Virus record (IMG/VR): IMGVR_UViG_3300027782_000072
Location: 9,275 to 73,274 of that record
Source: a virus
DNA: 64,000 nucleotides
Direction: 5' to 3' (one strand)
Shown: one piece after another, positions 1 to 10,214 of the stretch
Numbering within the stretch: position 1 is the stretch's first letter
Layout: each line of letters starts with the position of its first letter
Notes under the pieces: generated by a model
The model's input: the letters and a program-made list of their open reading frames with translations, nothing else
Told to the model about the DNA's origin: nothing
Database searches by the model: none
Translations under genes and position numbers: made by a program

Positions 1-102
1 CAAAATCTTGAATTCTTTATGGCCAAGGAAGACAACAGTCAAGTTGAAGGTGAAGATGCCGAGGATCAAGGAGAGGAGGAAGAAGCCAGCCCAAAAGCTT
101 AG
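1..102 (+). CDS. 3' end of probable tail assembly chaperone (gpG-like), partial
   Basis: Frame 1 reads QNLEFFMAKEDNSQVEGEDAEDQGEEEEASPKA*. It ends with the slippery heptamer C-CCA-AAA (90-96) and lies upstream of the tape measure gene. Confidence 0.7.
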   Translation, partial: QNLEFFMAKEDNSQVEGEDAEDQGEEEEASPKA

Positions 103-509
103 TTGAGCGTCTTGAGGCAAATGCAACCATAATAATTAACCAGTCCACAGATTGGACAGATATTTATTGTCGCATTGCTTCCCTTGGACTCTCTGACCCA
201 TTGTTCCACGCCTCCAGTTTCAAGCGAGTGCCAATTCGCTTAATTGTTGCCTTGCTTAATTTTCAGGCCAAAGAGAAGAAGCAGACAATTAATGCTCAAA
301 GTATTAGCACTGCCAAGTTGGGCATGATTGTCATTGCAGCACTTGCCGGAAAGAAGGCAAATGCTTCGCTTGCTGACTTCCTGCCTTTCGAGAGTGAAGC
401 AGATCCAACTGGTCTTCAAGAATCAACAATTGAAGCTTTGAAGTGGGCTTTAAAAAATCAAAAACTTCCTCCAGTTATAGTGGGCCTAATCGGTGTTGCA
501 CTTGGGTAG
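90..509 (+). CDS. -1 frameshift extension of tail chaperone (gpGT-like)
   Basis: The -1 frame from 90 is stop-free to 509 and contains ORF 201..509, which only has a TTG start. Confidence 0.7.
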   Translation, partial: PKSLVERLEANATIIINQSTDWTDIYCRIASLGLSDPLFHASSFKRVPIRLIVALLNFQAKEKKQTINAQSISTAKLGMIVIAALAGKKANASLADFLPFESEADPTGLQESTIEALKWALKNQKLPPVIVGLIGVALG

Positions 510-550
510 AATGCTAGATTATGGCTAACTGTTAAACAGACGTTGCTCCA

Positions 551-1069
551 ATGGCATATACACTGCGATTTGAAAGCAATGCAATGCAGCAAGATAATAG
601 AATTCGACAATTTTTAGAACAACTGGCAATTTTTGGCCGCAATGTTAGACGAGTGGCACGTGCTGAAGTGCAAGAAGCTCGCATTAACGAGCTTCGCCAA
701 TTTTACGGAATATCCCAGAGAACATTTGGTCGAGCAATGGACTGGGCCGATAATGATTTTGATCAGCAAATTACTTCGGATCAATGGGACTGGAAGGGGC
801 CAACTGGAAGGACTAAAAGGAGAAACGGCCAAGTAGTTACTGAGCCACGTGACATTGTTGATAGTGGGACTCTACTAAGAAGCAAACAGCGCAATAATAT
901 CAATGGCTCCACTACTGAATTTACTTGGACAGCAAACCATGCCGAAGGTGTTCATGATGGCTATGTAGCCAGGGGAGGAGAACTTAATCCTGCTCGCCCA
1001 TGGACAGAGCCGACACTACAGGAAATTGATGAAGTGATCAATGAAATCGTTGCTCGGAGGGCTCAATAA
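551..1069 (+). CDS. HK97 gp10-like tail completion/neck protein
   Basis: Motifs PRDIVDSGTLLRS, HAEGVHDG and PARPW are typical of this family. Confidence 0.6.
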   Translation: MAYTLRFESNAMQQDNRIRQFLEQLAIFGRNVRRVARAEVQEARINELRQFYGISQRTFGRAMDWADNDFDQQITSDQWDWKGPTGRTKRRNGQVVTEPRDIVDSGTLLRSKQRNNINGSTTEFTWTANHAEGVHDGYVARGGELNPARPWTEPTLQEIDEVINEIVARRAQ

Positions 1070-4000
1070 ATGACTTATTCAATTAATTTCTCTACTAATG
1101 CTGCCCAAGCTATTCGCGACATCCAGCGGATCAATCAGAGCATTGGAGATCTTGGAAGACTTGGCCAAAACATTCAAATCAATGTCAATACTGCACGATT
1201 AAGCGGAAACATTAGGGAGACATTTAGGCAACTCAATACTGAGATCGGCCGGATGGAGACAAGGCTGTCCAGATTGCAAATTGGCAGCAAAGCCTTTACG
1301 CAGATGAATGCAGCCATTGGCTACCGCCAGGGCCGCGTAGAGCGGGGTCAAATGATTGGCGAGCCATTGCGATTACGTGGACAGGCTCAGGCCTTTGGCG
1401 AGGGAACCTCTGTTCGTCTTAGCAAAGAATTGCAAGCCGCACAAGTTGAAGCCTCACAACTTGCTCCCAATACTGCACCATGGATTGAACTTCAGCAGCA
1501 AATTGGACGCATCAATACACAACTTCAACAAAGCAAAAAGTTAGCAGAAACTATTCAGATGAGGGAAAGCTTAGGAGCTTTCTCTCCCGGCAGTCTTGCG
1601 AGTTTGGAAACTAGATTAACAATCCTAAAAAATTCAGCAAGAAATATTTCTCCCGATACAGACCAGTGGAGAAAATTCAACGATCAAATACAACGTACGG
1701 AAAGATCCATTCAGAGAATCAATAGGAAGCCCTTGAGCGCTGGTCAGCGTCTAGGTGCGGCTGGCGGTGCATTTCTATATGGTGGCGGAATGGGAGGCGG
1801 TGCTGGCAGTGCTCTCGGTGGCATTGCTGGTGGTCTGATGGGAGGCGTACCTGGAGCTTTCACTGGAGCTGCTGTTGGTCAATTTGTTGACAATATGGGG
1901 CAGCAAACTGCTGCAATTGCAACCTTAGTTGCTGAGATTAATAAATCTAAAATTGCACTGGCAGGAGTTTCAACCAATGTTGATGACTACAATAAGTCAA
2001 TTGCCTCTGCCACTGCAATTAGTAGCAAATTTCTTCTGCCAATTTCCGATGGCATCAAACAATTTACAAAGCTAAAAGCAAGTGTAGTTGGAGCAGGTTA
2101 TAGCACCGAGGTAACTACAAAAGTCTTCAATGGTATTGCTGCAGCAATTATTGGAACAGGAGGATCAACTGAAGACTTAAATGGTGCATTGCTGGCCACT
2201 TCACAAGTATTTAGCAAGGGAAAAGTTAGTGCTGAAGAATTAAGAGGTCAAATTGGAGAAAGACTGCCTGGTGCATTTACTTTATTTGCAAAATCCATCG
2301 GAAAAACCCCCCAAGATCTTGATAAACTTCTTCAAGATGGAAAAGTTGGTCTGAAAGATTTTATTAAATTTACAGATGAATTGAATGTAAAATTTGGAAA
2401 AACTGCTGAAACTCTTGCGGCTGCCCCTGAAAATGCTGGGCCACGTTTGAAGGTTGCATTGCAAGCTGCCGCTGTATCTTATGGTGGTTTGTTTCAAGTT
2501 ATCGGTGCTGGATTCCAGAATTCAGTAAGTGATGTTATTAAATTTGCGCTTGTCAACGAAAGTTCAATCAAAAGAGTGGTTACAGTTTTTGCCATTGGTT
2601 TTAATACACTTGGCAAATTAGTTGTTGGTTTTGGAAAATTTTTAGTAGGTACATTTAATCTTGTCTTCACTCAGTTACTTGGTAGTCTTGACACAGTTCT
2701 TTCCAGAATTGAAAATGCGATTAATCGTGCCAAAGCAGTCGAAAGTTTAACTCCAGAAAAAATTACATCAATACAAAATCAAGCGAGAATTATTGCAGAT
2801 AAGAGGTATCCAGGATTGCTTGCATCTGGAGAAAAAAGCACTTTTTACAATACCACCTTTAATAAATTAATTGATGAAGCGACTGGTGCCTCGAAAGAAG
2901 TTAAATATACTGATAAAATCAAAAATATTCTTTTTCCTGAATTCGATCCAACTCAATTTGGTGGCGGTACTCAGGGCAATGGAATGCCTGGTGGTGCTGC
3001 AAATACAAAAGGAGTGGAAGCGTTTGAAAAATTAAAAGATGATCTTGCCAAGGCTTATAACGAAGCTGAAATTGAACGTATTAAGAAACGTTTTGAACTG
3101 CAAAAACAATTGCAGCAAGATCAGTTTGATATGCAAGAGCTTGGCGCTAATCGCCTGCAAAAACAAAACTTAGCACTAATAAGAGCATTGATGGCGGCTG
3201 AGATAAGCAGGGCTGAAACTGTTCGCAATGCACGGCTAGAAGTGCAAAAACAGTCTGGAAAAGTTGCCGGTGGAGCCGGAGGCATTGCACAATATTACAC
3301 TGGAGATCCGTCAAGCGCTAGTTATGACAGGAGCCATGGCACAACAGGCAATTATCATGACCACCTGGCTTTTACTACTAGAGAAGCGGCAGTGGCGGCT
3401 TATGAAGCGCTAAAACTTGCTGGCATTAAAGTTACAGAATTTCAGGGGTATGGACAAGGCGTTACTGGTGCCCATAGCGGCTCGGGCTCCCTCCACCACC
3501 AAGGATTGGCATTTGATGTGCCTGGTTATCAATGGGGAGGCAGTGGTGCTATTGGAGCAAGGGAATATGCTGGCTCAGCCCGTGTAAGACAGGCTGTTGG
3601 CATAAGCGGACCAGTTGGAGCAGGGCAGTTCCGCAAGGTGGGGGGAAATGAAAAGCGTGACATAATGGCGGAAGCCAATACGGGTATTGCTGCTCAAAAT
3701 GCGCAACAGGCTGCATTTGATGCAAATATTCTTAAGTCCTCGGAAGTAATGAAGGCATTTGCACAGTATGCAAGTGAAGCATACAATGTTCCAGACTTGA
3801 AACTTTCAAATGACTTACTCAAGCTCCGCAATGATTTAACTTCTCAAGGAATGGGTCCTGAGCAAATTGACTATCAAGTTCGTTTGCATGAAATTGAACA
3901 ACAAAGACAGGATTTACTATCTCGCCTTCCCGCAGCAGAGGACAAGGCAAAACTATCTATTGCGTTACGGCAGGCTGGACTTGCAGCTTTAACTAAGGTA

Positions 4001-4861
4001 ACTAAAGAAGCCACTGCTGAGGAAAAACGCAAAAATGATGAAACATTAAAAGGATTGCTTATTGCAGCACAAACACAACAAGCTGATCGTCTTGCAATGG
4101 CACAAGCTATTTCTCCTGATGCTGAAATGCGCTTGCGTCTTGAACAGACATATCCAGGACAAAGTAAGGCAAGTATTGATAATCTTTTCGCCACTGAAAA
4201 AGCAATTGCTAAAGCCGAAGAATTGAAGACTGCCTTCCAGGGTGTTGCATCAGCTATTGGTGATTCCTTTGGTCAAGCTTTTAAGGGAGTGGTATCAGGC
4301 TCCATGACAGCGCAGGAAGCATTGTCTCAAATGTTCCAAAGTATTGCCAGTTCTTTCATGGATATGGTTGCACAAATGATTGCTTCATGGATAAAAGCAC
4401 AAGCCATCAAAGGAATAGCAAGTTTGATTGGAATGATAATTCCAGGATTTGGAACTACAGCCTCGCCAGGCGGATTGGAAGGTGTAAATATGGGAGCAGT
4501 AAATCAATATTCAGCACCGCTAGGTTATGCAAATGGTGGTGTTATCTCCGGTGGCTTTCGTGCCTTTGCCTCTGGAGGCGTTGTCTCAGGCCCCACGCTT
4601 GGCCTTGTAGGCGAAGGGCGTTACAATGAGGCAGTTATTCCTCTACCAGACGGCAAGAGTGTCCCGGTGGACCTCGGCGGCATGGGCGGCGGGGGTCAAA
4701 TCACTAGTAACATTGTTGTCAACGTTAATTCCGATGGTCAAAGTCAAAGTCAACAATCGGGCAATGGTTCTGCAGAACTTGGCAAGAAAATTGAAGGCGC
4801 TGTCAAGCAAGTTATCGTTGGCGAACTCCGTCCTGGTGGCCTCCTAGCAGGTAGACGATAA
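1070..4861 (+). CDS. tape measure protein
   Basis: 1263 aa, helical and Ala/Gly-rich. Contains the tape_meas motif SKGKVSAEELRGQIGERLPGA and C-terminal FASGG...GEGRYNEAVIPL. Confidence 0.92.
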   Translation: MTYSINFSTNAAQAIRDIQRINQSIGDLGRLGQNIQINVNTARLSGNIRETFRQLNTEIGRMETRLSRLQIGSKAFTQMNAAIGYRQGRVERGQMIGEPLRLRGQAQAFGEGTSVRLSKELQAAQVEASQLAPNTAPWIELQQQIGRINTQLQQSKKLAETIQMRESLGAFSPGSLASLETRLTILKNSARNISPDTDQWRKFNDQIQRTERSIQRINRKPLSAGQRLGAAGGAFLYGGGMGGGAGSALGGIAGGLMGGVPGAFTGAAVGQFVDNMGQQTAAIATLVAEINKSKIALAGVSTNVDDYNKSIASATAISSKFLLPISDGIKQFTKLKASVVGAGYSTEVTTKVFNGIAAAIIGTGGSTEDLNGALLATSQVFSKGKVSAEELRGQIGERLPGAFTLFAKSIGKTPQDLDKLLQDGKVGLKDFIKFTDELNVKFGKTAETLAAAPENAGPRLKVALQAAAVSYGGLFQVIGAGFQNSVSDVIKFALVNESSIKRVVTVFAIGFNTLGKLVVGFGKFLVGTFNLVFTQLLGSLDTVLSRIENAINRAKAVESLTPEKITSIQNQARIIADKRYPGLLASGEKSTFYNTTFNKLIDEATGASKEVKYTDKIKNILFPEFDPTQFGGGTQGNGMPGGAANTKGVEAFEKLKDDLAKAYNEAEIERIKKRFELQKQLQQDQFDMQELGANRLQKQNLALIRALMAAEISRAETVRNARLEVQKQSGKVAGGAGGIAQYYTGDPSSASYDRSHGTTGNYHDHLAFTTREAAVAAYEALKLAGIKVTEFQGYGQGVTGAHSGSGSLHHQGLAFDVPGYQWGGSGAIGAREYAGSARVRQAVGISGPVGAGQFRKVGGNEKRDIMAEANTGIAAQNAQQAAFDANILKSSEVMKAFAQYASEAYNVPDLKLSNDLLKLRNDLTSQGMGPEQIDYQVRLHEIEQQRQDLLSRLPAAEDKAKLSIALRQAGLAALTKVTKEATAEEKRKNDETLKGLLIAAQTQQADRLAMAQAISPDAEMRLRLEQTYPGQSKASIDNLFATEKAIAKAEELKTAFQGVASAIGDSFGQAFKGVVSGSMTAQEALSQMFQSIASSFMDMVAQMIASWIKAQAIKGIASLIGMIIPGFGTTASPGGLEGVNMGAVNQYSAPLGYANGGVISGGFRAFASGGVVSGPTLGLVGEGRYNEAVIPLPDGKSVPVDLGGMGGGGQITSNIVVNVNSDGQSQSQQSGNGSAELGKKIEGAVKQVIVGELRPGGLLAGRR

Positions 4862-5214
4862 TGGCGCAACCAACTTTTGCACTGCCCTGTGAATATGGAC
4901 TAACTGTCCAACGCGGCAATCGCACGCTCAAAAATAGTTTTGGCGATGGATATGAGCAAGTGAGTCCAGATGGCATTAACACTGATGTTAGGAAGTACCA
5001 AATTGACACTGCCCCCATTGCTGACTCCACTGCCATTGCGCTAGATAAACAACTCTCTGCTCTTGCTGGAGACTTCTTCTATTCACAATTCTTCATGGAC
5101 GATCAAATGTATAAATATCGTCTCGATCCAAATCAATGGCAATGGAAAATCATGGGGCCAGATAATAATACTTTTTCGTTTGCCGTGAGGAGGATTTATG
5201 ACACTAGAAGCTGA
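4861..5214 (+). CDS. minor tail protein, lambda gpM-like
   Basis: Motif FGDGYEQVSPDGIN; lies directly after the tape measure gene. Confidence 0.85.
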   Translation: MAQPTFALPCEYGLTVQRGNRTLKNSFGDGYEQVSPDGINTDVRKYQIDTAPIADSTAIALDKQLSALAGDFFYSQFFMDDQMYKYRLDPNQWQWKIMGPDNNTFSFAVRRIYDTRS

Positions 5215-6364
5215 CGTACAGAAAGGCTGGCACAGTGCCATTGTCGAGATGTTTGATATTGACCTTACTGCCATCACTGGCGACGCGCAGGATATTTTCT
5301 ACTTCACCAATCAACTCAAGCCCGACGAAACTAAAATTCAATGGAAGGGCAACATTTACGAGCCTCTCCCATTGCTCTCTAGTGGTTACGAAACAAATAC
5401 CACTGGACAAATTGCGCAGCCAACATTGACTGTTGCCAATATTCTTGGCACCTTCACTGACGTGGTGGAGAACTTAGAGGACTTGGTTGGTGGCAAAGTT
5501 ACGAGGCGACGCACGTTTGCAAAGTATTTAGATGGCGAGCCCGAGGCTGACACTCTGCAGGAATTTCCCATTGATATTTATTACATTGAGCGCAAAACTG
5601 AAGAAACAGTTATAAGTATCACGTGGCAGCTTGGAAGCGTAATGGACCTCGAAGGCTTGCAACTTCCTCGTCGAGTGATCACGCAAAATCATTGCCTGTG
5701 GAAATATAGAGGCAGTGAATGTGGCTATGTGGGAGCACCAGTATTTAATGTGAATGATGAAGTGATTTCCACTGCTGGACTATCTGCTCAAGCTGTTACA
5801 GTAATTAATGCTTGGACGCTGAATGAACAACGCAAGTCTGAATATAACAATGCCGTATCAATAAGAAATAAAGCATTTGAAACGCAGCAAAATGAATGTG
5901 ATTCCAACGTAAAAATTGAAACTAAATACAGCGGAACAGCACCGGAATCGTATGTGGTAAGCAGCAGCAGTTTGTATTCCTTTGCCAATGCCTTCTGGGA
6001 TGGCGCAGAAGTATCGCTGGGTCAGTTTTACAGGCAGGGAATACTGCGAGAGAGTCCAACGGGCGATGGCGATAGGTTTGATCTTGGCATTGAATATTAT
6101 GAAATAGAACGATGGGGCGGAGATCCAGCACGTTGTAGCGCCGCAAACACTGCCCTGTCCAATGCCAACGCAGCACTTGCCACTGCCACTAGCAACTACA
6201 ACGCTTCCCAGGCGGCACTCACAGCGGCTCTAGCAGCTCTTCCGGCTCTTGACCCATTATGGAATATTGACGTGTGTGGCAAGCGCGTGAGGAGCTGTCA
6301 GTTGCACTTTCCAGGCGAATCCATTCCTTTCGGCGGCTTTCCAGGGGCCAATTTGTCACGATGA
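5198..6364 (+). CDS. minor tail protein, lambda gpL-like, with internal insertion
   Basis: Motifs RRRTFAKYLD, LPRRVITQNHCLWKYRGSECGY, CGKRVRSCQLHF and FGGFPG. Confidence 0.9.
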   Translation: MTLEADVQKGWHSAIVEMFDIDLTAITGDAQDIFYFTNQLKPDETKIQWKGNIYEPLPLLSSGYETNTTGQIAQPTLTVANILGTFTDVVENLEDLVGGKVTRRRTFAKYLDGEPEADTLQEFPIDIYYIERKTEETVISITWQLGSVMDLEGLQLPRRVITQNHCLWKYRGSECGYVGAPVFNVNDEVISTAGLSAQAVTVINAWTLNEQRKSEYNNAVSIRNKAFETQQNECDSNVKIETKYSGTAPESYVVSSSSLYSFANAFWDGAEVSLGQFYRQGILRESPTGDGDRFDLGIEYYEIERWGGDPARCSAANTALSNANAALATATSNYNASQAALTAALAALPALDPLWNIDVCGKRVRSCQLHFPGESIPFGGFPGANLSR

Positions 6365-7074
6365 ATTTTTCCTTTAGTCACCTACATGCAGAGATGAAAA
6401 TCTATGCACTCAAGCAGTTTCCAGAGGAGGCATGCGGATTGATTGTTAATGACAAATTTATCCCATGCAAAAATGTTCACTTTGAGCCGCTCACTAATTT
6501 TGCCATTGATGCGAAAGCCTATGCAAAGGCGGAAAAGAAGGGCACTATTCAAGCAGTCTTTCATTCTCATCCCGGCAAGCTAAATACTTTCAGCATGCAC
6601 GATATTCAATCCTGCAAAGAAAGTAATTTGCCATGGGTGATGTATTGCACGGTCACTGGAGAATGGTTTGAAATTGATCCCTTCGGCAATGCACCGTACA
6701 TTGGAAGGCGATGGCAGTATGGCATTTACGATTGCTACTCTTTGTTTAGAGATTTTTATCGTCGTGAATTTAACATTGCTCTCGATGATTTTAGTCGAGG
6801 GGAAGAAGGAGAATGGACGAGGCCTGAATGGCGCATGTTTGAGAAGAACGTAGAACGGCAAGGTTTTGTTGATATTGAAGGGCCATTACGCAGAGGCGAC
6901 ATGCTGCTCATGCAAATGCAATCATCTTTCATCAACCACGCTGGTTTCATTGCCATTCCAGAGCGCAATGTTTTCTACCAGCACTTAACCGACAGACTCT
7001 CAGAAGAAAGTATCTATGGGGGATATTGGGCTAAAGTAACGAATAGGATCATGCGACACAAGGAGCTGCTGTGA
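6361..7074 (+). CDS. tail assembly protein K (JAB + NlpC/P60)
   Basis: JAB motifs EEACG and HSHP; NlpC/P60 motifs DCYSL and NHAG. ATG at 6361 overlaps the gpL stop. Confidence 0.9.
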   Translation: MNFSFSHLHAEMKIYALKQFPEEACGLIVNDKFIPCKNVHFEPLTNFAIDAKAYAKAEKKGTIQAVFHSHPGKLNTFSMHDIQSCKESNLPWVMYCTVTGEWFEIDPFGNAPYIGRRWQYGIYDCYSLFRDFYRREFNIALDDFSRGEEGEWTRPEWRMFEKNVERQGFVDIEGPLRRGDMLLMQMQSSFINHAGFIAIPERNVFYQHLTDRLSEESIYGGYWAKVTNRIMRHKELL

Positions 7075-7703
7075 TGCAACTAGTAGAAGTCAGCCTTCTT
7101 GGCGAATTAGGGCGTAAATTTGGTCGTAAGTACTCTTTTATGGCGACTTCGCCCAAGGATATTTTTTCGGCATTGTGCAATCAATTAGAGGGCTTCAAGG
7201 AATACATGAGCAATGCGCATGAAAATGGCATTGGTTTTCGTCTTGTTGACGGTGACCCGGAAGGCATGGACTATGCCAATCTGCTCATGGGATGCAGAAA
7301 GCTTATCATCGCCCCCATTGTTTCTGGCGGTGGAACTATTGGCCGTATTTTGATTGGCGTGGCGCTAGTTGCCCTGGCATTTATTCCCATTGCTGGACAG
7401 GCGGCATTTGCCGGATATGTTGCAGCAAATGCTGCTGCGGGAACGGCTGCTGGTTTTGCGGTTGGCAGCAGTATTTTATTCTCATTGGGAACAAGTTTAG
7501 TGCTTAGCGGTGTTGCCAGTCTGCTTACTCCACCAGTCAGCAATCCCAAAAGCGACACTGACAAAAAAGATAGTTTCTTGTTTGACCGAGCAGCAGAACT
7601 TACCACGCAAGGCAATCCAGTGCCAATTCTTTATGGACGTTTCCTGGCTGGCAGTCCCTTGGTTATTAGCTCTGCAATTACCACTCAACAAGTGCCCGTT
7701 TGA
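7071..7703 (+). CDS. tail assembly protein I
   Basis: Motifs LGELGRKFGR and QGNPVPILYGR; Gly/Ala-rich hydrophobic middle. Confidence 0.88.
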   Translation: MMQLVEVSLLGELGRKFGRKYSFMATSPKDIFSALCNQLEGFKEYMSNAHENGIGFRLVDGDPEGMDYANLLMGCRKLIIAPIVSGGGTIGRILIGVALVALAFIPIAGQAAFAGYVAANAAAGTAAGFAVGSSILFSLGTSLVLSGVASLLTPPVSNPKSDTDKKDSFLFDRAAELTTQGNPVPILYGRFLAGSPLVISSAITTQQVPV

Positions 7704-9814
7704 TGGAGAATTCAAGCTTACAAAAGAAGAACGGTGGTTGGACAACTGTCATCACTGGAGGGGGAAAAGGCGGCGGCAAGAAACCTACTGAAGACGCCGA
7801 GTCCCTAAGAAGCAGGTCAGAAGCCGTCTTTGTAGCAATACTGTCCGAGGGCGAAGTACGGGGTTTCGAGGATGGCGTGGATCCGCTCACTCGCATCTAC
7901 TTGGATGACGTGCCAATCAAAAATAAAGATGGAAGCTATAACTATACGATTAATGGTTTCTTCACTGGCTCTCCGGCATCTGCGCTTGGCAAGGGAAGTT
8001 TAATTCCGGCCATTTCCACTTCTATTCCATTGTTACAACGAACTAACGCAACTGGCGCAGTCGATTCAATTGTTGTTGACTACCGAGTGGGCACTCAAAA
8101 TCAAGATCCCATGCCGGGCTTTGATGACATCAAGGCAGAGCAGGGCGTAAATATTAAATTGTCAAGCGTCACTGGACCAATCACTAGAGTTACGACTAGC
8201 AATATTTTTACAAGACTTCGCGTGAGGATGGGTGTCGGTAGTTTGTTCAAAATTAACAAAGACAGTGGAGACGTAAAAGGAAGTGACGTAACTTTCAACA
8301 TCAGAATTAGACCAGAGGGGGGATCAGATATTTTCAATGAAAACAAAACTATCAGTGGCAAATCACGCGGTCCTGTTGATTTTGAATATGAATATGCGCT
8401 AACTGGTAATGGTCCCTGGTTAGTGACGGTGCAACGCATTACGCCAGATCCCGCCACTACTGCCACGAGCGACGACCTTTATTTCAAGGCTATTGTCGGC
8501 ATTGTTGATCAATCTTTCCGCTATCCCAATACAGCACTATTTGGCTTGAAAATTGGCGCCGAGAATTTCTCTTCCGTGCCCAAAGTTGCTATTGACATGT
8601 TGGGAACAAAAGTAAAAATTCCTGGCAATTACGACCCCATTGCTCGTTCATATAGTGGCATTTGGAATGGAGTGTTTAAAACTGAATACAGCAACAATCC
8701 TGCATGGATTTTTTATGATTTGCTTACTAATAGTCGCTATGGATGTGGGCAATTTATTGACGAAAGTCAAGTGGATAGATATAGTCTTTATTCCATCGCT
8801 CAATATTGCGACGAACTAGTGCCCGATGGCAAGGGAGGAATGGAACCGCGCTTAACATTTAATGCTTATGTGACGGACAGAGGGGAGGCTTACGACGTGC
8901 TGAACAGTCTTGCTGCTGCATTTCGTGGCATGTTGTATTTTGCCGAAGGCAGCGTTGTTGCCATCCAAGACAGGCCCAAGGCAATCAGTAAGATTTTCTC
9001 TCCAGCCAATGTCATTCAAGAAACGGATGACAATGGCAATGTAAGTACGCCACCATTTAACTACGAAGGCACGGCCCGCAAAGCACGCAAGACTGTTGCT
9101 CTAGTGAGCTGGAATGACCCAGACGATTCCTACAAGAGCAAGATTGAATATGTGGAGGACGCGCCCGGCATTGACCGCTACGGCTACCACGAGACGGAGG
9201 TGAGGGCGTTTGGCACCACTTCTCAGGGGCAGGCGCAACGTGTTGGACGGTGGATCCTAACCACAAACCAACTGGAAACTGAAACTGTCACCTTCAAGAC
9301 TGGCACCGAAGGATTCTTTGTCCTTCCTGGTGAAATCATTGGCGTGGCAGATCCAGCAAAGGGAGGAAAGCGCTATGGGGGAAGAGTGGTGAGTGCCACG
9401 ACTTCCGAAATCATTCTCGATCAGGAATTTACCATTACAGGCGGCAAGTCTTATTCGCTGTCAACAATGCTGCCCAATGGCACGCTCGAAACTCGTGCTG
9501 TCATTAATTCTCCAGGAGATTTTGCCGCAATTGCCGTGAGCCCTGCTTTCTCCATCGCTCCCGAATCCAGCGCTCCGTGGGTGATGCAAGAAGACGCCGA
9601 AGGCATTCGTACTTTCAGGGTGATTTCCTTGACGGAGAACGATGGGAAAATAACAGTGCTGGCATCTCTTTATGACGAGAGTAAATTTAGCACCACTGAC
9701 AATGCCACTGTCCTTAGCAAGCCTCGCATATCTCTTGCCACCACTCAAATTGTGCCGCAAGTAATAAATGGTAGCATTATCTTAGGCGTACCTTCTGACA
9801 CGGCTCCCGCATAA
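7703..9814 (+). CDS. tail tip/host-specificity protein J (short form)
   Basis: Motifs LSEGEVRG, YPNTAL, YSNNPAWIFYDLLTNSRYG, DELVPDGKGGMEPR and SQGQAQRVGRW. Confidence 0.9.
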   Translation: MENSSLQKKNGGWTTVITGGGKGGGKKPTEDAESLRSRSEAVFVAILSEGEVRGFEDGVDPLTRIYLDDVPIKNKDGSYNYTINGFFTGSPASALGKGSLIPAISTSIPLLQRTNATGAVDSIVVDYRVGTQNQDPMPGFDDIKAEQGVNIKLSSVTGPITRVTTSNIFTRLRVRMGVGSLFKINKDSGDVKGSDVTFNIRIRPEGGSDIFNENKTISGKSRGPVDFEYEYALTGNGPWLVTVQRITPDPATTATSDDLYFKAIVGIVDQSFRYPNTALFGLKIGAENFSSVPKVAIDMLGTKVKIPGNYDPIARSYSGIWNGVFKTEYSNNPAWIFYDLLTNSRYGCGQFIDESQVDRYSLYSIAQYCDELVPDGKGGMEPRLTFNAYVTDRGEAYDVLNSLAAAFRGMLYFAEGSVVAIQDRPKAISKIFSPANVIQETDDNGNVSTPPFNYEGTARKARKTVALVSWNDPDDSYKSKIEYVEDAPGIDRYGYHETEVRAFGTTSQGQAQRVGRWILTTNQLETETVTFKTGTEGFFVLPGEIIGVADPAKGGKRYGGRVVSATTSEIILDQEFTITGGKSYSLSTMLPNGTLETRAVINSPGDFAAIAVSPAFSIAPESSAPWVMQEDAEGIRTFRVISLTENDGKITVLASLYDESKFSTTDNATVLSKPRISLATTQIVPQVINGSIILGVPSDTAPA

Positions 9815-10212
9815 TGGCTCAAAATGAAGTGTCGTGGAAGTTTCCACAGTATTCCGGCTATTCCATTCTCAATGCGGCCATTCACCCATTGATCTGCTGG
9901 AATCCAGTACAGAACAATCCATTGATTGCTGCTTTTGAAGTGGCATATTTGGACATTGAAAACAATTTATGGATTGACCTGGGCCGCACATCAACAAATT
10001 ACATTCGTTTCCCATCGGACGATTACAATGCGGAAGCCGTTTATCAGATTAGAGTTGCTACAATTGGCGTTAATGGCACTCGTTCCCCCTATTCATATAG
10101 TACGGTTACGCTGTCCAGCCCGTTGTGCTTTAACTTTACGGCTAGTCAGACAGTAGTATTGGCTAATGGCACGCAAGTGCAAAATCAGCGCTATCTCTTC
10201 CTCGTTCTTTAA
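9814..10212 (+). CDS. fibronectin-III-like tail tip protein
   Basis: W...YQIRVATIGVNGTRSPYS resembles the FN3 segment normally found inside gpJ. Confidence 0.5.
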   Translation: MAQNEVSWKFPQYSGYSILNAAIHPLICWNPVQNNPLIAAFEVAYLDIENNLWIDLGRTSTNYIRFPSDDYNAEAVYQIRVATIGVNGTRSPYSYSTVTLSSPLCFNFTASQTVVLANGTQVQNQRYLFLVL

Positions 10213-10214
10213 GC

